Source: the human T2T-CHM13v2.0 reference genome, Homo sapiens. Taken from it: DNA of 64,000 nucleotides. The notes below the pieces were generated by a model. It did not search any database. It was not told the origin of the DNA and saw only the letters and a program-made list of their open reading frames with translations. Positions 16,990-29,254 of the stretch are shown here, one piece after another (the stretch's first letter is position 1; the number at the start of each line of letters is the position of its first letter). Both the position numbers and the translations under genes were made by a program. The DNA is taken from the NCBI RefSeq assembly GCF_009914755.1, contig NC_060931.1; one strand, given 5' to 3'.

Positions 16990-17370
16990 CATACAAATTA
17001 AAACAGTCAGACACATTAGCAAAAAATTTTAAATAAGACAATATCAAGTTATGGCAAAGATGTGGGGAAACTGGAATTATTTTAGATGAACAGGAGGACT
17101 ATAAATGTACAACCCATTGGAGACCAATTTTGCAGCATGTAGTGAAGCAGAAGACATAGTAGGATCTACAAGGCCACTTCCCATTGTATGCACTAGGGAA
17201 AACCTCATGCATGTGCATGAGAAACTGTATACGAAGTTATTCATTGCAATATAGCCAGTGATTGTGAAAAGAAATTTTATAGATAATCTAAATATCCATA
17301 AACTTGAAAAATCAATAAATTTATATTTTAATACCATGCAATACTACAGAGTAGTTGAAATGAAGAAGTA
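16990..17370 (+). mobile_element. Old L1ME fragment
   Basis: 'ggcaaagatgtggggaaactggaa...ttcattgcaatatagccagtgattgtgaaaa'. Confidence 0.65.
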
Positions 17371-17392
17371 GATCTGCCCTTTTAAAATCTTA

Positions 17393-17570
17393 GCTTGACA
17401 CAGTGGGGTGACCCTGTAGCCACAGCTACTGGGGATGCTGAGGCAAAAGTATCTCTTGAACTCAGGAGTTCAAGGCAGTAGGACACTATGATCACACATG
17501 TGAATAGCAACTGCACTCCAGCCTGAGAAATATAGTGAGATCTCATCTCTAAAGAAAGAAAAAGAAAAAA
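17393..17570 (+). mobile_element. FRAM/FAM Alu monomer
   Basis: 'gcagtaggacactatgatcacacatgtgaatagcaactgcactccagcc' fossil monomer motif. Confidence 0.8.
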
Positions 17571-17656
17571 AGAAGGTGAATATATCTTGAGAACATACTA
17601 CAGTAGGAAAATAAAAGCAAATTTCAGACTGCTAAAGGAGGATATTATTGTGTTAA

Positions 17657-17989
<333 letters not shown>

Positions 17990-19088
17990 TAAATTTTTAT
18001 TTTAAAACATAATTCTCTGAATCCATACAATTGTACTAACATCATTAAAACATGATCAAGAAGGACAGGTACCCACTTGAGCTTAGTGTTTTGTTATATT
18101 TGGGGATGGAGGGAGAGGTAGAACAACAGAGAAGGGTACAAAGTGTCTTTCAATTGTATCTTTACTGTTCTATTTCTTAGCATTTCTTCACATCTGTTAT
18201 AGGCTTCCCTATATTTTACATGAAATTAATAAAGAGTATATATTAAATAATTAATATATTAAAGAATAGAGTTTGCATAGCATATACAAAGTGAATATAC
18301 TGACATTACAGGAAACCAAATATACGACTAGTCTCTGTGTTCTTGGAGAAACAGATAGACCTCTTTGTTGATAGAAAGCTGTGCTGTCAAAAACAAGGTT
18401 AAGATGTGAATGATGTACCCATTTTGTTTGGCAAAGTGACACGTCTGTCTTCAAAGAGCTGTCAAGATGGTAAGTTAGTGTGGCCTTTGGAGGGGGAAAA
18501 TACCCAAGCAAACTAAACTTTTAATATTTTTTGCTTTCATCACAAAAATCAAAGCGTTATGGATAATTTTTTTTCTATTTCTAGAAATAACAAAAAGTAA
18601 ATGCTGACGTTGATTTTGATAGGTAAATATTAAAATTTACAAAAGGCTATACCTGTGTTACTTAGGCCCATGTTCTTTATACACTGTGTTTCTCTTTTCA
18701 TTAAGCATTTATGAAAATGGAGAAAAAGTTAGTCAGTCCATCTATTGACTAATAAACATTAGTTGAGCCCTGTGAGGCAGGCCCTAGAAAGGCCCCTAGG
18801 ATACTAAAATCAATAACGCATCATACTGTTAAAAGCTCTGGGGAAATTCCTTTTTTGGGACTGGGTTCCCAAGTAAATATGATTTTGTAACTAGACTTTT
18901 TCTCTCTAGTCTCCACATTGGTTCTCCATGTTGGCAGAAGCCAGTAAGTGATATATTATAAGCCATATAGTACATGCTTTTAATAGTTCTATAACTTGAT
19001 TTATATTTAAAAGCACAATTGGCCTATTTGAATCTCAACAGTATATTGGCTTTTGGAAATATGATACGAAAAGATTGGAGTTACTTAC

Positions 19089-19139
19089 CTATAAGCAGTC
19101 CAGCCTGACTCCCTGCCCCCAGAATGAAACACATCAGAA
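19089..19139 (-). other. Candidate exon (51 nt)
   Basis: Acceptor ccctttctcttttgttgccatctctgcactccag; donor TAG|GTAAGT. Confidence 0.5.
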
Positions 19140-19259
19140 CTGGAGTGCAGAGATGGCAACAAAAGAGAAAGGGCTGAGAACGGAACAACTTTTGAGCTTG
19201 TAGGCATTTTCATGCTTCCTCCTGTCTATTCTGTGGCACATCACCATTGTAACACTTAC

Positions 19260-19342
19260 CTGTTTGTTCCTCTTCCCTGCTGGAATGTGAACGCAGGGTT
19301 TTGGCTAATTTGTCTGGGTGTCCCCAGATACCAGCCCAGAGA
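19260..19342 (-). other. Candidate exon (83 nt), antisense to an L2 3' fragment
   Basis: Acceptor cctcttacttgcttatcctgcttcag; donor CAG|GTAAGT; the region ~19230-19385 resembles an L2 3' end on +. Confidence 0.5.
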
Positions 19343-19522
19343 CTGAAGCAGGATAAGCAAGTAAGAGGTTTAGTTTAATTAAACTGATAGTCACTGGGTT
19401 AGGTTGAACTTAGCTGAATTGTTAAGAGTGATCGTTATATGAGTAAAAACTAAAACATATTTGTAAAACTAGGCTGTTGCATGTTAACAGAGAATTTCTC
19501 ACGAAAAACGAGCAGGTATACT

Positions 19523-19675
19523 TTTTTTTTTTTCCAGGATCTCTATCACCCAGGCTGGAGTACAGATGCACAATCACAGCTCACTGCAGCCTCAAATTCC
19601 TGGGCTCAAGCACTCCTCCCCGCTCAGTCTTACAAGTAGCTAAAACTACAGGTACATACCACCACTAGTGGCTCT

Positions 19676-19714
<39 letters not shown>

Positions 19715-19757
19715 TTATTTTTTGGTAGAGATGGGGTCTCACTATGTGGCCCAGCCT
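19523..19757 (-). mobile_element. Partial AluJ with (TTTA)n middle tract
   Basis: Antisense right arm, expanded (attt)n and a short left-arm remnant. Confidence 0.85.
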
Positions 19758-19899
19758 AGGTATACAAATTGAGAGAAGTAAAACGAAATCTGTGTTTCAC
19801 CAAATACAGTTACAAAAAGGCACTTCAAGATGAAGCCGTTTTCAATTCAACATCTGCTTGTTTGAGGATCAGGGTGGGCTTTGGCATTCTACCACTTAC

Positions 19900-20024
19900 C
19901 TCTCTTTCTCTCCAGATTCTACATCCAAGGGCCCCAAGCACATAAGAAACAATACATAGATGGGGAAAAATGCTGTTTTAAAATTAGTATTCAACAAATG
20001 CTTGCTTACATTCAGTGCAGAGCT
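19900..20024 (-). other. Candidate exon (125 nt)
   Basis: Acceptor tctcttacagtttttttccag; donor GAG|GTAAGT. Confidence 0.4.
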
Positions 20025-20609
20025 CTGGAAAAAAACTGTAAGAGATCATGGGATTTGAACTGGAAGTTGTAAGTGTTGCCTTATGTCTTCCCCTGAAAGA
20101 AAGATGACCAAATTGAAGAATAATTCAGCCTGACCAGATGCAGAGAAGAGCAACAGAGAAATTACACATGGATATTCAACACTGTTTATAAAATGAGCCT
20201 GTCCACTAAGGAAAACAGGCCCAGAGAAGATCAGCTCTTTCTCCCTCAAGGAGTTGTTAATAAGGAGGGATGAACAATAAAGGGAGATGCTCCCTCCTCA
20301 ACGTTATTGACTGAGGTCTGCATGCTAATATATACTAGGTGTTTTAACGGGTATACAAAAGTCTATGCCGTGGTCCCTGTGCTCACAAAGCCTACAGCAT
20401 CACTAGGTCACAAGTTAGCCATGCACATATACGTTAGAAAGTCATGTGTGTATATTGGGAATGGAGCTGAATTGTCCATTTCACTGTTCTCCCTTCTATA
20501 TACCCAAGTGAACAATGAGCCGTTTTCAACCTTAATTGGAACACTATAACGAGATCAAAAATTAATCCCATATGACCAGCTCTCAGCCTAGATGTGGCAC
20601 ACTCTTAGG

Positions 20610-21020
20610 TATCTGTTTACTATTCCCTGATATCTATTCTCTCCTTCCAAAGTTTTTGCTGGACAAGTAGTCACCCAGCTAAAGCCTATACTTCCTACCC
20701 TCCCTTGCATCTAGGTGTGGCCATGTGATCAATTTGATGTGAATGACCAATGCAATGTGACCAGAAGTGATGTGTGTTCTATCCACATAATACCCTTAAA
20801 GTCTGGGTGTATACTCCTCCTGTCCTTGTTCCTCTTCCCACCGCTGGGTGATGGTGAGTGTTAGAGCAGCCAATTTGGACCCAGAGATAGAAGCCATGTG
20901 TTGAGGATGGTAAAACCTCCTTATGAGGCTTGGAGTGCCCACCTCTAAACTTTACAGAGACAAAAAAAATTCTGTCTTGTTTCAAGTGCTGTATTTTTAG
21001 CTTCCTTTGTCACTATATCT
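20610..21020 (+). mobile_element. MLT1-type MaLR LTR
   Basis: 'ctcccttgcatctaggtgtggccatgtga...gaagccatgtgttgaggatgg...cttgtttcaagtgctgtattt'. Confidence 0.75.
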
Positions 21021-21591
21021 TAAATATTTTAAATAGCACTAAAGTGGAGAAGAATTCCAATGAGCCAGATTGGTTGTAGGAAGATTAATTAAAAAGATGG
21101 GATGATATCTGGGGACTTGAAATGAGAAATATTTGGAAAGACATTGTGAAGAGTGATCGGCCCTCAGCAAGAGGAGTAACGAGAGGGAGAACAGGAAGCC
21201 AGAAGTGAACTTGGATTGTCTGCAGAATGTAAAACTTGTAACTTGTCTTTAAAAAGAATATTTTATTTATATTTTAAGCAAGGGACATCTGAATCCTAGA
21301 TAGAAACTCTCAGCTATTTTTAAATTCCCCAGAGACTTCATTAATCTTTTTCTAGACATCAGTGCTTTAGGAAAACATGGAAAGAAATCTGGAAATGTTC
21401 TTCAATTTTTGTCTTTTTGATGATTACATCATTTTAAAATGCATTAAGTATTGTGTTACGTGCCTCTCATTATGCTCAGAAATTTACAGGTACAATTTCA
21501 TTGAACACCTACAGCTTATAGAGAGATGTTATTATTACTTTCCCATTTTACAGATGAGGACACTGAAACTTGAAGAGTTGGGGCAAACAAC

Positions 21592-22950
21592 ATTGTTTGC
21601 CTCTCACAGCCACATTCATCCCTGCTAACAGAAACCTAATTTATCTCAGAAATGGGACAGCAGCGCACCCAGACTGAGGGGGGAATTATGGGCCCAAGTG
21701 AATCCTAACTATGCCATTCCCATTTCCAGTCATTGTCAAAAAGGTAGTACTATTACTCCAATGATTTGTTTCTACCCAAGAACTTTTCTGACAAAAAAGG
21801 TGTGAGGTTTTTCCTCATCCCAACAACCAGTTCTCCAACTCTCCAGATATCAGCTGGGCGTTCAACAATTTATTTCAGTTTTGACACTAAATACCTGGAG
21901 TTAGTGCAAACCAAACTGCTTAAGAAGTCAGTGCCCCCAGACTGCCCCACTTCAGATGCCAATCACTGGTAATGTGTCTCCATGTTCCCCACTTCAGTCT
22001 GACTTAGATACAAATGGGGCATTCTCAGGACTGCCTCCTCAGGTTTATAATTTACTATAACGGCTCACAGAGATCAGGGAAACACTTCACTTACTATTAC
22101 CAGTTCATTATAAAAGACACAAATGAACAGCCAGATGAGGAGGTTTTAGTGGAAAGTCTGGAAAGGTCCCAAGCGCAGGAGCTTTTTTTTGCCCTGTGAA
22201 GTTGGAGTGAGCCACCCTCCCAGCACGTGGGTGCATTCGCCAACTCGGAAACTCTCCAAACCCCTTTGTTTAGGATTTTTATGGAGGTTCCATTAAATAG
22301 GCATGATTGATTAAATCATTGGCCATTAGTGATTGGCTTAATCCCCAGCCTCCTCCCCTCCCCAGAGGTTAATCACATGGTTGTTTCCTCTAGCAACCAG
22401 TCCCCATCCCAAAGTGACCTAGGGGCTTCCAGCCACCAGTCGCCTCATGAACATAAACTCGGGTATGGTTGAAAGAGGCTTACTATGAATAACAGAAACA
22501 GTCCTCTCACCCTGATCACTAGGGAAATTCCAAGAGTTTTAGGAGCTCTATGCCTGGAACTGGGGACAAAGACCAAGTACATATTTCTTATTATATCACA
22601 ATGTCACAGGTTGGTATGTGACTTAAAAGTGGAAGATTTCAGGAAGATTTTCCTTCTTAAAAGAACAATCCTCAGGAGATGCCACTACTCCCTTTCCTGT
22701 TTTGGGGCCTTGCAGTGTGAATCTGAGACATTAGGATCACAGCAGTGCACTTGCAGCCCTGAGAAAAAGGCCTCAAGAATGTAGGGAGGCTGCCTGAGCC
22801 CCTTGCCACCGCTGAGCCCACTTAACCTGGGGGCTTCCTGTTGCATGAGGAAGATAAACTCTCTTTGTTGCTTTGGGTTGGTTAGTCTGTTATTTCAGCT
22901 GCTTTGGGTTGGTTAGTCTGTCCTTTGCAGCCAAACACATCCCGACTGAT
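21592..22950 (+). mobile_element. Old MLT1 LTR split by MER21
   Basis: Left part ~21592-21750 and right part ~22609-22950 ending 'tttgcagccaaacacatcccgactgat'. Confidence 0.6.
21751..22608 (-). mobile_element. MER21-family solo LTR
   Basis: The reverse complement begins TGTGACATTGTGATATAATAAGAAATATGTACTTGGTCTTTGTCCCCAGTTCCAGGCATAGAGCTCCTAAAAC, matching the MER21 5' end. Confidence 0.85.
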
Positions 22951-22988
22951 GAAAGAAATTAGAGACTTGCCCGAGATCCCAAGGCTAG

Positions 22989-23364
22989 TGCTGTGGTTTG
23001 AATGTTTGAGTCCCTCCAATATTCGAGTTGAAACTTAATCCCCAGTGCAATTGCTTTAAAAGGTGAGGACTTTGGGAAGCGATTAGATCGTGAGGGCTGC
23101 AGTCTCATGAATGGCGTTAGTGCCTTTGTAAAAGGGCTTGAGGAAGTCTGTCAGTCCCTTTCGGCCCTTCTGCCCTACTGCCATGTGAGGACACAAGAGA
23201 CCATTCTGAAGCCGAAAGCAAGCCCTCTTCAGACATGGAATCTTCTGGCACCTTGATCTTAGACTTCCCAGCCTTCAGAATTGTGAGCAATAAATAAATT
23301 CCTATTGTTTATAAATTACTTAATTCTAGGTATTTTGTTATGGCAGCCTGAACAGACTGATACA
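22989..23364 (+). mobile_element. MST/MLT1A MaLR solo LTR
   Basis: TG...CA termini (tgctgtggtttgaatg...gactgataca); perfect 5-bp TSD gctag. Confidence 0.9.
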
Positions 23365-23639
23365 GCTAGTAAGTGCCTGAGTCAAGTCTTGAACACAGGT
23401 GTGTCTGACTTCAGAGCCCACTCATTTATTCAACAAAGTCCACGTTTGTAAGGCAGCTTGCTTTACAGGCAAGAGCTTTTTTGTACAGTTAGGCACACTT
23501 AAGTATTAGTCCAGCAATTAACACCTATCGATTAAGCAGTAATTGCCCATCTCCAAGTCTCAGTTCTCTCATCTGGAAAGTGGATATAATATTTACCTTG
23601 CTGTTGTGAGGGCTGTTGTGAGGGTTAGAGGTAAAGGTC

Positions 23640-23855
23640 TCCTGTGCTGCCAATAATGTATCTACTCGTCACATGTGGCTATATAAAATGTGAAATTTAA
23701 TTAATTACAATTGAATTACATTACAGATTTACTTTCCAGACTTCACTAGGTATATTTTGGGACTTATTAACTACATGTGGCTAGTGGCTACCATATTGGA
23801 CAGCATAAATATAGAACATTTTCATCTCACAGAAGGTTCTACTAGGTAGCACTGG
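23640..23855. mobile_element. MER3/MER33 hAT MITE
   Basis: 'acatgtggctagtggctaccatattggacagc...tagaacattttcatc...ttctactaggtagcactg'. Confidence 0.75.
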
Positions 23856-23869
23856 GAAACACAATGCCT

Positions 23870-24105
23870 TTAGATTAGTGGCTAGGTATATAGAACTGGA
23901 GGCAGAAAGCCCAGGTTTGAATGTTGCACTCACCATTTGCCAGCAGTATGACTTTGGACAAATTGCTTTATCACTTTGTGCCTCCGTTTCTTTATCAATA
24001 AATAAAAATCATAAAAATAGTACCTACCTTAAAGGATAATGAGGAGGATTAAATGATAAAGTGCTTAGAAACATATATAGTATGATCTCAATAAATGTTT
24101 GTTAG
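23870..24105 (+). mobile_element. MIR
   Basis: 'tatgactttggacaaattgctttatcactttgtgcctccgtttc...atagtacctacctt'. Confidence 0.75.
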
Positions 24106-24531
24106 TAACTAGGATTACTATTTGATTGCTCTTTTTAAAACAATTTACCAACCCCCGGCATGAGAGTTATGGTACTAACTAAGTCTCTCACGTGTGGTTC
24201 TAAAGCATGACAATTTCTGATCCCTGACTTTCAAAAGTTTTCATCCTAATTGGGGGCGCCAGAGCACACCTGTTGAAAATATTTACATGCAGCTAGTTTT
24301 TTTGTATATAGACATGACATGTTGTTTAATGTTAACATTTATTCTTGGGAGAAATTATACCTCATATCCATTTGTGTCAAGGGAGATTTCCTGAAGAAAT
24401 AGGTGGCTGGCAGCCTTAAGAAGTGAGAAGAAGGTACAATCCACTACATTTGAGAACTCAAAATGTTACCATTAGGAAGAGGAATGAAATATTTGTCAAA
24501 GCCTTTAGTATGGTCTCAGGAACCAGGAGAG

Positions 24532-24764
24532 GAGTCTTCCTAAACTCAAAAATTCATGATCCAGAAGTAAACAACTTGGAAGTGAAACACCACAGTACAA
24601 TATGAAATCATTCATGCCTGTAATCCTAGCACTTTGGGAGGCCCATGAAGAAGAGTCTTCCTAAACTCAAAAATTCATGATCCAGAAGTAAACAACTTGG
24701 AAGTGAAACACCACAGTACAATATGAAATCATTCATGCCTGTAATCCTAGCACTTTGGGAGGCC
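24532..24764 (+). repeat. Perfect 112-bp tandem duplication
   Basis: 24532-24643 is identical by eye to 24653-24764; the spacer is catgaagaa. Confidence 0.95.
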
Positions 24765-25003
24765 GATGCGGGCAGATCATGAGGTCAGGAGAACAAGACC
24801 GTCCTGGCCAACATGGTGAAACCCCATCTCTACTAAAAATACAAAAATTAGCTGGGCCTGGTGGTGGGCGCCTGTAGTCCGGCAGGAGAATTGCTTGAAA
24901 CTGGGAGGTGGAGGTTGCAGTGAGCCGAGATCACACGACTGCACCCAAGCCTGGGCGACAGAGCAAGACTCCACCTCAAAAAAAAAAAAAGAAAAAGAAA
25001 AAA
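24733..25003 (+). mobile_element. AluS (Sc-like), 5'-clipped, with a ~19-nt right-arm deletion
   Basis: 'cctgtagtcc|ggcaggagaa' lacks cagctactcgggaggctga; TSD aaatcatt. Confidence 0.92.
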
Positions 25004-25967
25004 ATCATTTAGTCCACATAATGCTCGTTTTGTTTATCCAATGACAGGCAGGAAGTCTACCTATTTCCAATAGCCTAATGCCTTGTCTCTCTCCTGAACT
25101 AGGACTAACATTTCTCTACAAAGTAAACTGAGAAAATCCTCATAGTTTTTAGAGCCTTTGCTCAAGATGATCACTGTGCTCAGAATGCTCTCTGATCCAT
25201 GGTTGCCTGACTGTTTCTCCATATTCAGATTGCTGCTTAAATTCACCTCCTGAAATAGACCTTCACTGATATCACCCAATCACAGCAACTCTAAAGACAC
25301 GCGCTAACATTCCCTGATTTAACAATCTTCATATTACTTAATACCTTCTGATATTTTTCTTTTATTAGACTTATTCATATATGTGCTTTGCCTTTCATAC
25401 CCAGTTATAATATATAGTCATGTGCTTCATAATGATGTTTTAGTCAACGATGGACCACATGTCTGATGGTGGTCCAACATGATTACGATGGAGCTGAAAA
25501 ATTTCTGTAGCCTAGTGACATCATAGCTGTCCTAATGTCACAGCACAATGCATTACTCACTTGTTTGTGGTAATGCTGGTGTAAACAAACCTATTATGTT
25601 GCCAATCACATAAAAATCTAGCACATACAATTATGTACAGTACATAATACCTGATAATGATAATAAATGACTATATTACTGGTTTATATATTTACTATAC
25701 TATAGTTTTAATCATTATTTTAGAGGGTACTTCTTCTACTTATAAACAAAAAGTTTACTGTAAAACAGCATGCCATGTTACAAGGCCAGCAGCCTCATAC
25801 ATCTCATGTTTACCAAGTCTCTTGATGTTATAATTTTCCCTCTGTACTTTATTTAGTCTCATGTAGTTTTGCTTATCCTAGCTTCTAAGGGTACAAAATC
25901 CACTGCTAACATTGCTGGTAAGAAACCACATTGAGTGGCTGGCCTGGACACAAAATTAAAAGTGATT

Positions 25968-26361
25968 TTAATGGGTAAATTGCATGTTGGTGGGTTATGG
26001 TATACAAATGATCCTGTCACCCAGTAGTGAGCATAGTACCCAATAGTAAGTTTTTCAACCGTTGACCCTCTCCCACTCTGCCTCCTTGTAGTTCTTAATG
26101 TCTAATTTTCTCATCTTTTTGTACTTATGTACTCAACGTTTAGCTCCCACTTATAAGTGAGAACATGCAGTATTTCGTTTTCTGTTCTTGAGTTTATTCG
26201 TTTAGGATAAGGATATTGCATCCATGTTGCTGCAAAAGACACAATTTTATTCTTTTTTTTCTGGCTGCATAATATTCCATGGCATATATGTACTGTATTT
26301 TCTTTAGTCTACTGTTGATGGGCGTCTAGGTTGATTCCATGTTTTTGCTATTGTAAATAGT
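25968..26361 (-). mobile_element. L1 3' fragment (L1PB/L1MA) nested in Tigger3
   Basis: 'ttagctcccacttataagtgagaacatgcagtattt...catccatgttgctgcaaaagac' is antisense L1 3' sequence. Confidence 0.88.
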
Positions 26362-26479
26362 ATCACTGCAATCTTAAAGAACAAAAACAAAGACAAAAGC
26401 TGTTGAAGGATCTGCTTGCTTAGAGGCATCTGTTGAAGGAACTGTCTTGCTTTGGAGGCAATGTTTCAGGCTTCAAATT

Positions 26480-27950
26480 GAAGGCAATGAGACCAACAAA
26501 AATTTAAGCAAGGCTATATCAGATATGAAGAAACTTGTAATGACCTGGATTGGAGACCAGACACAGAAGCATATCCTTCTCAGCACCATGAAAATTATGG
26601 CCAAAGCAAAAAGTTTGTGATGTTGAAAGAAAAGGCTGGACCTGATCACAATGTTGAATTTGCTGCCAGCTCTGGGTGGTTTAAACAATTCAAGAATCAT
26701 TATTCATTGCATCATGTAAAAACGAGCAGTGAGTCTGCGAGTGCTGATGTGAAGGCAGCTGAAGAATTTTTGGAAACTCTGGATGTGCTGATTGTGGAGG
26801 AAAATTACTTGCCAGAGCAAATCGATAGGGATGAAACCTTCCTATTCTGCAAATGGATGCCTGAGAGGACTTTCATCCATAAGGAAGCCAAGTTAACGCC
26901 GACTGTCAATTCTTTGAAGGACAGGATAACAGTTTTGCTTCAAGGCAATGTTGCAGGTTTCAAATTGAAATCCTTTGTGATATGGCACAGTGAGAACCCC
27001 ATGGCCTTCAAACATATCAATAAATGCACACTTCCAGTGTACTACAGGAGAATAAGAAGTCATAGATGACCCAGCTCCTCTTCCAAGATGTCCCCCTGAA
27101 TGGCTATGCCAGCGAAATGGAGAACTCTTTGGAGAATAACATACCGTTCAAGATATTGCTTATTATTGATAATCCTCCTGCACATCCTTCTTTCATTGGC
27201 AATCTTCATTCCAATATTAAAGTGGTGTTTCTTCCTACAAACACCACCTCTTTGATCCAATGAATGCATCAAGAACTTATAGCTGCTTTTAAGGCCTACT
27301 CCCTGAGTTGGGTCCTTGCCCAGCCTATGGTGAAACTGAGGAAGACACTGAGAAGACACTGATGCAATTCTGGAAGGATTACATCATCTATAGCTATGTT
27401 AAGAGCCTTGCTTGGAATAGGGGTAATGTCACCAATTAGTGTTTGAATGGCATCTGGGAGGAGACACTCAACATTCATCAGTTGCTTCAAAGGATTTGCC
27501 AAAGATGAGGATATTGCAAAATCAGTGAGGCTGTGGTTGGAGATGGGTGTGGATGAGGATGATATTGGGGCTTTGCTGCAGGTGGCTTCTGAGGAATTAG
27601 CTAATGAGGAGTTGTTGGAACTGGAACAGAAACCCACAGCTGAAGAAGAGGCAAGAGACAAGGAAACTGCAAGAGAAGAAAAAAGAAGAACCCCCAAGAA
27701 GATTCACAGTGAAGGGTTTAGCAGAAGCTTTTGCAGGCCTCACCAAGCTTCTTAACAGCTTCTTAAAAAGTTTAAAAACATGGATCCCAACTCCAAAGTG
27801 TTTTCATTAATAGAGGGTTGCTCATGGTGCATTATCTGCTTGCAAGCAAATCTGTAATGAAAAAATGAAACAAACCAAGCAAATCATCATGGCCATATTT
27901 CTGAAAAGAGTGAAACTTCCTCAAGAAGAGCCTCACACGGGTCCCTCATG
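26480..27950 (+). pseudogene. Decayed Tigger transposase (CENP-B HTH plus DDE)
   Basis: Motifs FAASSGWFKQFK, DETFLF.KWMPERT, KDRITVLL, LLIIDNPPAHP and FLPTNTTSLIQ lie in different frames, with stops and frameshifts. Confidence 0.88.
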
Positions 27951-29254
27951 AGGTAGTCTAGAAGAAGGCATTGTTATCTTAAGACATGACAGCTCCATGC
28001 CTGTTATTGCCTGTGAAGACCTTCAAGTTGGACAAGTTGTGAAGGGGGAAGACAGTGATATTGATGATCCTGACCTTGTGTAAGCCTAGACTAATGTGTT
28101 CCATCTTGTTTTTAGCAAAAAACGTTTAGAAAGTAAAATAAATGCATTTTAAAAATAGGAGAAAGCATATAGAATAAGGATATAAAGAAAGAAAATATTT
28201 TTGTACAGCTGTACAATGTGCTTGTGTTCTCATCTAAGTGTTATTACAAAAGAATAAAAAAATTTAAAAAATTAAAAAGCTTATAAAGTTAAAATGTTAT
28301 AGTAAGCTAAAGTTAATTTACTGTTAAAGGAAGAAAAATATTTTATACATTTAGGGTAGCCTAAATGTATAGCGTTAATAAAGTTTACAGTCCTTCACAT
28401 TTACTCACTACTCACTCACTGACTTACCCAGAGCAACTTATGGTCCTGCAAGCTTCATTCATGCTAAGTGGCCTCTTGTACAGGTGTACCATTTTTATCT
28501 TTTATGTCATGTTTTGACCGTATCTTTTCTATGTTTAGATACATAAATGTTTACCATTGTGTTACAGTTGCCTACAGTATTCAGTTCAGTAACATGCCGT
28601 ACAGGTTGGTAACCTAGGAGCAATAGGCTGTGCCATTTTGCGTAGGTGTGTATTAGACCATATGCTGTAAGCTTGTGTAACTACGCTCTATGATGTTCAC
28701 ACACTGATGAAATCACCTAACAACTGACACATTTCTCAGACTATATCCCTGTTGTTAAGCAGGACATGACTGCAAATCCAAGAGAACAAAGGGGAAGCTT
28801 GTATGTTTAGTTTGCTGCTATATCTGCACTTCCTGGAAAAATGCTCGGAACACCATGCATACTCTGGAAATCTTTTTCAAATATATGAAAAAAAAAGCCA
28901 GAGTTTCAGTCCAAATATCCAAGGTAGTCAGCAATTGCTTCTTCTTTTCAGTTTTAGATTCTCTATAGGCATAAGATATCTGAAACCCTGAGGGTTTTTT
29001 TCGATAATCCATGAAAATCTGAGGTAGCATATGATGTCTTTTCTTTGACCCTACATTCACTCTGGTACTAGAATTCTCAACATTGCAAAATTCAACTCTC
29101 TTCAAGCATCTGGATCATCACCTGAATTTGAGTCCCTCACTTTTTATCTTTGCCCACCTAGCATTTCATGTTCCCAAAAAGGAATGGCTTGATTGGCTCA
29201 GTCAACTATGAAGCAGAGTTCCCATACTAAGGTCCATGCTCTCCAGCCAAAGTC

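Larger units (their letters stand above)
25415..28772 (+). mobile_element. Tigger3/Golem (TcMar-Tigger) DNA transposon, near full length
   Basis: TIRs (t)agtcatgtgcttcataatgatg ... gttgttaagcaggacatgactg; left TA site; internal pogo/CENP-B-type transposase remnant. Confidence 0.88.

Noticed and set aside
24532-24764. Direct repeats as a CRISPR-like array
   Set aside because: Only two long units in primate DNA; this is a simple tandem duplication.
26617-27069. Longest ORF (150 aa) as a TIGD/CENP-B-like gene
   Set aside because: It is a fragment of a frameshifted transposase inside a TIR-bounded Tigger3, with its N-terminus disrupted by L1.
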